Assembly (NCBI GenBank): GCA_040218735.1
Contig: JAVJQW010000050.1
Span: 288,001 to 352,000 of the forward strand
DNA from: Deltaproteobacteria bacterium
GTDB taxonomy: Bacteria > Myxococcota > Kuafuiibacteriia > Kuafuiibacteriales > Kuafuiibacteriaceae
Direction: 5' to 3'
Length of the DNA stretch: 64,000 nt
The notes beneath the pieces were generated by a model, which had not been told where the DNA came from, did no database searches, and saw only the letters and a list, made by a program, of their open reading frames with translations. Positions 58,271-64,000 of this stretch are shown piece by piece. Both the position numbers and the translations under genes were made by a program. Within the stretch, counting starts at the first letter, position 1; each line of letters begins with the position of its first letter.

Positions 58271-59326
58271 CTACACGATGCGGTGCGCGCTGGCACCCGC
58301 GGATTCACGCACGATCGGCCGCAGCATCGGCCCCGCGATCGCGCGAATCGCACGCGCGGCGTGTTGGTAGGTCGCGTCGAGCCCCGAGGCGGCCGTCGCG
58401 TCGGCGAGCGCTCCGGCCACCGCCTTCAGGTCCCGCGGGCGGTCCTGAGGCCGCGTCGCGAACAGCGGCGTGAGCACCTCCCCGAGGCGCCCGAGGTTCG
58501 AGTGCGGCGCGAGGAGACGGCGCGCGAGGACGCCGACCGCGTACGCGTCCGCGGCCAGCGAGGGCAACAACCCGTAGCGACGCTCGGGCGCGAGGAACGG
58601 ATCGAGCAGCGGTTCCGAGAGGTCGACGTCGGGCCCCGGCGACCACAACCGAACCGAGCCATCGAGCCCGAGGTGCAGCCGGCGGGGCTCGATGGCCCCG
58701 TGGGGACCGCGGCGGGCGTGGTGCTGCGCCACCCCCTCCGCGAGGTGACAGGCCAGGACCGCGGACACCTCCGCCGGCACCGTGAGGAGCCCGGCTTCGA
58801 GCGCGTCGAAGAGCGCGGTGGCGGGGATCTGAGGCCCTTCGGATTCCACGACCGCGATACGGCCATCGAAGAGCTCCAGCCCGTCATCGACGCTCCGCGG
58901 CTCGCGCCGGACGGTGATCCAACGCTCGTCCGCGAGGCGGAACGCCCGCACCGTCCTATCGGGCGTCGCGTGCTCGTGAGCGACGCGTGCGCCGTCGACC
59001 TGCGCACCGACCAGGCTCGGCCAATCGGGGTCCGCCAGGCTGAACGACAAACGAAGATCGTTGAGGCGCAACACCTCGTCCGGCGCCACGGTGATCGGCG
59101 CGCGGACGCGTTCGTCTTCTCGCGCGAGCCCGGCGCGCCCACGCCCGAGGTCCGTCACGAGGATGCGCCCGCGGCGCACCAGGACATGCACGTGGCGCTC
59201 GGCGAGTCGGTCGTCGTCGATGGTGAGGTCGGCGCGCGGTCCCCGCCCGAGGAAGAGGTCCGGCCCCGGGCGCTCGTGAACCTCCACGCGCCCGCGGCGC
59301 GCCACGACGAACCGCACCGAGGCCAT
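58271..59326 (-). CDS. Degenerate FHA + pseudokinase protein
   Basis: LGRG..D.RLAERH (FHA, Ser lost); HGAIEP, LAPE, DAYAVG, RP kinase C-lobe remnants without HRD/DFG. Confidence 0.65.
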   Translation of the reverse strand: MASVRFVVARRGRVEVHERPGPDLFLGRGPRADLTIDDDRLAERHVHVLVRRGRILVTDLGRGRAGLAREDERVRAPITVAPDEVLRLNDLRLSFSLADPDWPSLVGAQVDGARVAHEHATPDRTVRAFRLADERWITVRREPRSVDDGLELFDGRIAVVESEGPQIPATALFDALEAGLLTVPAEVSAVLACHLAEGVAQHHARRGPHGAIEPRRLHLGLDGSVRLWSPGPDVDLSEPLLDPFLAPERRYGLLPSLAADAYAVGVLARRLLAPHSNLGRLGEVLTPLFATRPQDRPRDLKAVAGALADATAASGLDATYQHAARAIRAIAGPMLRPIVRESAGASAHRIV

Positions 59327-59398
59327 GCCCGGACGATGGTACTCGCGACGCATGGTGTGCGGCCAGGCCTGCAAGCGCAGCGCCGGTCAGGCCGCCTC

Positions 59399-60625
59399 TC
59401 AGGGCCAGGGCTCGACTTCGAGGCTGTCCGCGACGAGCCGGCGGAGCGTGCCGTCCTCCGTCAACACGTGCGTCGCACCCTGGTTCTGCGCCATCGCAGC
59501 GAAGAGCCACGGAGAACGCTCCGTCGCCACGAGGGGAGCCTGATCGACCCCCGCGATGGGCTCCGGAGCCAGCACGAGATCGAAGGAAGAGAGGTCATGC
59601 CCCTCGGCGTCGGCCGCCTTGGCGACCGCCAGCACCCGCTTCGCCCCCGCGCGCAGGACACGCGCACGGGACTCCGCAGCGAGCTCTTCGCCGCCGACCA
59701 CGAAGACCGGGCCGCCGATGATGCGGCGTTGGTTCTGCGCGTACAGGTCACCGACCGCCATGTAGGCGAGCGCCTGGCCGTCCGCGACGAGGCGGACGAT
59801 CGCGCCGGGCTCGAGCCCACCGTCGACGAGCTGGCGCTCGTGGACGTCGAGCACGATCGGCACGCGCCACGGCGTCCCCGCGGGGAGTCGACCCAGGTCC
59901 TGTACGGAGCGAACCTCGGCGCGGCGCATGAAACCCGCGAGGGGCGAGTACAGGCCGCCTGCGAAGCACCGCAGGTCCTCGCGGACCTGGCGCTCCTCGA
60001 TCTCGATCGTGCGCGACTCCGCGAGGGCGTCGAGGCGCTCGGCTTCGGGGGCGTCGATCCGGCGGGGCGCCAACGCACCGGACACCGGGCGCAGCGGGCG
60101 CGCCGCCTCCTTGCCTTCCATCGTTCGGAGCGAGAGGTCGGGCAGCTGCGTCTTCGCCTCCCCGAGGCGACGCTCCACGAAGCGCTTCGCCTCCGCGTCG
60201 TACTGGTACGCCGCGAGGTCCGCGTAGACGCCCTCGCGGACGGACACGACCACGTACACGACGCCCGGCGTGAGCTCGATGCCCTCCTGCACGGCCATCG
60301 CGCGATCCTCCGGCGAGAAGTACGCGCCGGCGTCGCAGTGGGAGTGATAGATGATGCGCTCGTCGAGGCCGGCCTCGCTCGCCTCGTCGAGGACACGCAT
60401 CCGCTCCAGGTCGTTCATGCGGAACGCGTCGCGCCCCGTGCGCGGGAACGCCTCCGGATCCCGTGCGTGATACTTGTCCTGCACGTTCTCCATCGGGACG
60501 ACGCGCGTCAGCTTCGGCCCGTTGCCGAGCACGACGCCGCACGCCTCGACGGGATAGTCGCGGACCGCGTGCGCCTTCAGCGCCTCGACGATCGGATCCG
60601 TGAGCTCGAGCCCGAAGACCTTCAC
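59399..60625 (-). CDS. JAMM/Mov34 (Mec-like) metalloprotease fused to an ATP-sulfurylase PUA-like domain
   Basis: YPVEACG, YHSHCDAGAYFSPED; then GLYSPLAGFM..RLPAGTPWRVPIVLDV; no QxRN or HxGH motifs. Confidence 0.85.
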   Translation of the reverse strand: MKVFGLELTDPIVEALKAHAVRDYPVEACGVVLGNGPKLTRVVPMENVQDKYHARDPEAFPRTGRDAFRMNDLERMRVLDEASEAGLDERIIYHSHCDAGAYFSPEDRAMAVQEGIELTPGVVYVVVSVREGVYADLAAYQYDAEAKRFVERRLGEAKTQLPDLSLRTMEGKEAARPLRPVSGALAPRRIDAPEAERLDALAESRTIEIEERQVREDLRCFAGGLYSPLAGFMRRAEVRSVQDLGRLPAGTPWRVPIVLDVHERQLVDGGLEPGAIVRLVADGQALAYMAVGDLYAQNQRRIIGGPVFVVGGEELAAESRARVLRAGAKRVLAVAKAADAEGHDLSSFDLVLAPEPIAGVDQAPLVATERSPWLFAAMAQNQGATHVLTEDGTLRRLVADSLEVEPWP

Positions 60626-61545
60626 GACTCGCGGACCTCCACGTATCGCGACGCGTGGTCGGGCAGGACCGCCACCACGACCGGCTTCTTGCCGGCGGCG
60701 AGCGCCTCCTCGGCGATCGTCTTCGCGGCGTGAACCACGGCGCCCGCCGAGTGCCCGACGAGCAGGCCTTCGTCGCGGACGAGCGCCTCGGCGCTGTCCC
60801 AGCCCGCGTCCGTCGGGCAGAAGAAGGTCCGCGTCAGCACGGAGCGATCGTAGATCCCCGGGCGGATCGATGTCTCGATGTACTTGAGGCCTTCGAGCCC
60901 GTGGAACTCGTCGTCCGGCTCCACGCCGATGACCTCGATGTCGTCCCGAAAGGCGCGAAGCCGACGCCCCGTGCCCATGACGGTGCCGCTCGTCCCGATG
61001 CCCGCGACGAAGTGCGTGATGCGATCGCCGAGGGCCTCGATGATCTCCTCCGCCGTCCCGTCGTGGTGCGCACGCCAGTTCGCCTCGTTGTTGTACTGGT
61101 TCGTGTAGAAGTAGCGCCCGGGCTGCTCCTCCACGATCTTGCGCACGAGCTCGATCGCGCCGTCGGAGCCGTCCATCGGATCGCTGTAGATGATCTTCGC
61201 GCCGAACGTGCTCAGCATGCTCTTGCGCGCCGACGACACGTTCTCGGGCATCACCAGCGTGACTTCGTACCCGCGCGCCGCACCGTACAGCGCGAGCGCC
61301 ACGCCCGTGTTGCCGCTCGTGGAGTCGATGATCGACATCCCGGGCCGCAGCTCACCGGACTTCTCTGCGGCCTGGATCAGGTTCAACGCCGGGCGGTCCT
61401 TCACGCTGCCGCCCGGGTTCAAGAACTCGAGCTTCGCCCAAACCTCGGCGCCTTCGGGCTCGACCGAACGGAGCCGGGCCATCGGCGTACGACCGACGGC
61501 CTCGGCGATCGACCCGACGGTCCGGGCCCGCGATGGTGCGCTCAC
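60622..61545 (-). CDS. cysM: PLP-dependent cysteine synthase (CysM-type)
   Basis: AKLE.LNPGGSVKDR, TSGNTG, QYNN, GIGTSGT, EGLLVGHSAG. Confidence 0.9.
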   Translation of the reverse strand: MSAPSRARTVGSIAEAVGRTPMARLRSVEPEGAEVWAKLEFLNPGGSVKDRPALNLIQAAEKSGELRPGMSIIDSTSGNTGVALALYGAARGYEVTLVMPENVSSARKSMLSTFGAKIIYSDPMDGSDGAIELVRKIVEEQPGRYFYTNQYNNEANWRAHHDGTAEEIIEALGDRITHFVAGIGTSGTVMGTGRRLRAFRDDIEVIGVEPDDEFHGLEGLKYIETSIRPGIYDRSVLTRTFFCPTDAGWDSAEALVRDEGLLVGHSAGAVVHAAKTIAEEALAAGKKPVVVAVLPDHASRYVEVRES

Positions 61546-61820
61546 CTGCCGCCCGCGATCGCCGGAACGATGCTGACCTCCGTGCCGTCCTCGACCTTGG
61601 TGTCGACGTTGTCGAGGAACCGGATGTCCTCGTCCTTGTAGTAGACGTTCACGAAGCGCTTGGGCGCGCCGTTCTCGTCGCAGATGCGCTCGCCGATGCC
61701 GGGGTGCGCCGCGGTCAGGCTCGCGAGGACGGCCTTGATCGTCTCGCCCTGCACTTCGACCTTGTCATGCCCCTCCGTGAACTTCCTGAGGGGCGTCGGA
61801 ATTCGAACCGTGATTGCCAT
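61542..61820 (-). CDS. MoaD/ThiS/CysO-like ubiquitin-fold sulfur carrier
   Basis: VRIPTPLR, RFVNVY..DEDIRFL, IVPAIAGG-R-stop. Confidence 0.93.
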   Translation of the reverse strand: MAITVRIPTPLRKFTEGHDKVEVQGETIKAVLASLTAAHPGIGERICDENGAPKRFVNVYYKDEDIRFLDNVDTKVEDGTEVSIVPAIAGGR

Positions 61821-62661
61821 GATGTTCTCGAGAACCTCCAAATTTTCGATCGACTGAGAAGTAGCGGTCTCCCGCGTCCACGACGATGCTGATGACGCGT
61901 GCGCCCTCGCTCGCCTCGTCCCGCGCTACACGTGCTGCAGCAGCGGAACCCATCCCGACCAGGATCCCTTCCTTGCGCGCGAGCTCGATGCGCGTTTCGT
62001 AGGCCTCGGGATCGAGCACACACACCACGCGGGTCGCGCCCTTGGGCGCCGACGACCCGCGCACCACGCCGTCCTGCACCGAGACCTCCGCCTGCTCGCA
62101 CCGCACCGTTCCGACGGTCTCCACCGGCCGGCCCGCGGCGACGAACGCGTCCGCGACACCGAACAGCAGCTCACCACCGTTGAGCGGCGAGACGAGCACG
62201 GTCTTTTCGCCGTCGTCGTCGATCATCTCGACGAGCTCCGCACCGAGCGAGGATGAAAACGCCGCGCGCGCGAGCTCGGGCTTCTTCGGCGACACCAGGA
62301 GCGTCCCTTCGATCGTCGACGCGACCGCGTGGGTCTTCTCCAGCTCACCGGGCACCCGCACGACCTCGACCGCGTACCGCCCGAGCAGATCCAGGTGCTC
62401 CGGCAACGTCTTGTCCGGGACCACGACCGTGAGCTTCTTCTTCAACGGCGCAGCCGCCGCCGCAAACGCGAGCGCAGGACTCCCGCTCGCCGCGATGACG
62501 ACACGATCGTCGTCGCACGCGGCCAAAAGCGGACCGGCGATCCGATCGTACGCGCTACCGGACGGGAGCATCATCTCGACCTTCGCGTACAGTGCTGTTC
62601 CCGGCGCGAAACGTTGAAGACGCACGAGCGGCGTCCCGAAGCTGGTCGAGATGAATGACAC
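61765..62661 (-). CDS. Cysteine-synthase-fold protein lacking the PLP lysine
   Basis: GTPLVRL, AKVE..LPSGSAYDR (Tyr at the Lys position), EGILVG, DAGDRYFS. Confidence 0.8.
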   Translation of the reverse strand: MSFISTSFGTPLVRLQRFAPGTALYAKVEMMLPSGSAYDRIAGPLLAACDDDRVVIAASGSPALAFAAAAAPLKKKLTVVVPDKTLPEHLDLLGRYAVEVVRVPGELEKTHAVASTIEGTLLVSPKKPELARAAFSSSLGAELVEMIDDDGEKTVLVSPLNGGELLFGVADAFVAAGRPVETVGTVRCEQAEVSVQDGVVRGSSAPKGATRVVCVLDPEAYETRIELARKEGILVGMGSAAAARVARDEASEGARVISIVVDAGDRYFSVDRKFGGSREHHGNHGSNSDAPQEVHGGA

Positions 62662-62696
62662 TTCGTGTCAAATGAACGGACGAACGGCGGGTTTCG

Positions 62697-64000
62697 TCAA
62701 CCGTCGGAGAGGCCCGCGAGCCTCCGGAGCCGCTCGGTCTTCTCGGAGAGCTCCCGCGACACCCGCTCGAGCTGCCGCTCCCGGTCGTCGATCGTGGTCT
62801 CCAGCTCGGTGATCCTCCGCTCCGCCTGGACCTGCGCCTGCTCCGAGGCCTGAAGCTGCGCCCGCAGCCGGTGCGACTCGGATTCCATCGCCGTAGCCTC
62901 CGCCGTCAGCCGCGCAAGCTGCTGGTCGCGGGCCTCGACGTCCGTCCGCAGCCGGTCCACGTCACCCCGCTGCTCCAGCTTCCCGCGCAGGATGTCGCTG
63001 TCCGAGCGCGCCTGCGTGAGCTGCCGCCGCACGAACTCCAGGCCCTCGCGGCCCTGGCGGATCTCCGAGAGCTTCCGCCCGACCTCCGCGCGCGCCTCGT
63101 CCAGCTCACGCGCCGTCCGCTCCGCGAGCGCCTTGAGGCGTTTGACCTCGCCGTCGCGGTCCGCGAGGGCGCGCTCCAGGTTCTGGACCCGACCACGCAA
63201 CGCGTCCGAATTCGACGACGCCCCGGCCTCCAGCTCCACGATGCGCTCACGCGCCGCGGTGAGCGCGGTCTCCAAGTTCGACCGCGACGTGCTGCCGAGC
63301 TCCTGCTCGAGCTGCGAGAGCCGCGCCTCCACCTTGCCCTTCGCCGCCTCGACCTGCTGCCGCTGGTCCTCGACCGTGCGCAGGCGCCCCTCGACCTCTT
63401 CGAGCTTGGCCTGCCAACGCGTCTCCTTCTGCTGCACTTCGAGCTCGAGGTGACGCCGCTGGCGCTCGGCGTGCTCCGCGCGGCCCTCCGCTTCGAGGGA
63501 TCGCTGCTCGAGCGTCTTGCGCTTCTCCTCCAGCCGCTGCGCCCGCGCCTCGGACTCCTTCGAAAACGCCTCCGCGTGCCGCGCGCGATCCGCACTGCGC
63601 TCCGACTCCGCGCGCATCCGCTCGACGTCTGCCTCGGCCTTCGACAGCTTCGACTCCGCGTTGGACCGACGCTCCTCCAGCTGCGCGATCGTGAGCTTCG
63701 TTTCGTCGAGCTCCTTCGCGACGCGCGTCGCTTCCGCCTCGGCGCGCTCTGCGCGTATCCGCTGCTCCTCGGCCAACGCCGGGTTCGAGCCCGCGAGCGC
63801 GCGGTTCGCCTCCGCGAGGCGCGACTCCGTCTCTTCGCGCGCCTGCTGCTCGGCCTGCGCGGCGTCCCAGCCTTCCTTCGCACGCGCCGACTGCTCCGCG
63901 ACCTGATCGCGCAGCGCCGTGATCTCCGACTTCAGCCCGTCGCGTTCGCCGGCCGTCTGCGCGAGCCGCGCGACGCGTTCCTGCCCCGCCTTCCGCTCGG
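62697..64000 (-). CDS. Long coiled-coil protein (5'-partial; continues beyond the window)
   Basis: Heptad-rich E/R/A/L sequence; the frame stays open to the window edge. Confidence 0.8.
   Translation of the reverse strand, partial: ERKAGQERVARLAQTAGERDGLKSEITALRDQVAEQSARAKEGWDAAQAEQQAREETESRLAEANRALAGSNPALAEEQRIRAERAEAEATRVAKELDETKLTIAQLEERRSNAESKLSKAEADVERMRAESERSADRARHAEAFSKESEARAQRLEEKRKTLEQRSLEAEGRAEHAERQRRHLELEVQQKETRWQAKLEEVEGRLRTVEDQRQQVEAAKGKVEARLSQLEQELGSTSRSNLETALTAARERIVELEAGASSNSDALRGRVQNLERALADRDGEVKRLKALAERTARELDEARAEVGRKLSEIRQGREGLEFVRRQLTQARSDSDILRGKLEQRGDVDRLRTDVEARDQQLARLTAEATAMESESHRLRAQLQASEQAQVQAERRITELETTIDDRERQLERVSRELSEKTERLRRLAGLSDG

Noticed and set aside
53455-60733. 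Very long plus-strand ORFs 53455..57333 (1292 aa) and 57308..60733 (1141 aa)
   Set aside because: Antisense shadows of well-supported minus-strand genes; R/G/V/A-rich with no motifs, typical of high-GC DNA.
62697-64000. SMC or defence-system ATPase
   Set aside because: Only coiled coil is visible; no Walker B or signature motif at the C-terminus, and the N-terminus lies outside the window.

Overview
High-GC (visually ~70%) bacterial chromosomal segment, most consistent with Myxococcota: it has a MYXO-CTERM-like tail, an AgmX/PglI-type domain, an FHA-sigma54 activator next to a Ser/Thr kinase, and Cys-rich lipoproteins. About 58 CDS are supportable, including housekeeping genes (lpxC, ruvCAB, yebC, RluA, DeaD-like helicase, stand-alone EF-G paralog). 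I saw no rRNA, tRNA, CRISPR array, transposase or prophage. Most notable: (1) a four-repeat annexin with canonical Ca2+ motifs and eukaryote-like linkers, behind a sigma54-like promoter divergent from an FHA/GGDEF-like/AAA+ activator and a membrane kinase; (2) a sulfur-relay cluster (pseudo-CysK, CysO-like carrier, CysM, JAMM protease fused to an ATP-sulfurylase PUA domain, FHA-pseudokinase, LarE-like); (3) a BPI/LBP-like surface protein; (4) a B12 radical-SAM plus heme-oxygenase-like diiron oxidase pair; (5) a circularly permuted esterase; (6) a degenerate ALDH; (7) a 184-bp structured element bounded by perfect 33-bp inverted repeats. All family calls come from motif recognition by eye; no database search was run, and some start codons are best guesses.
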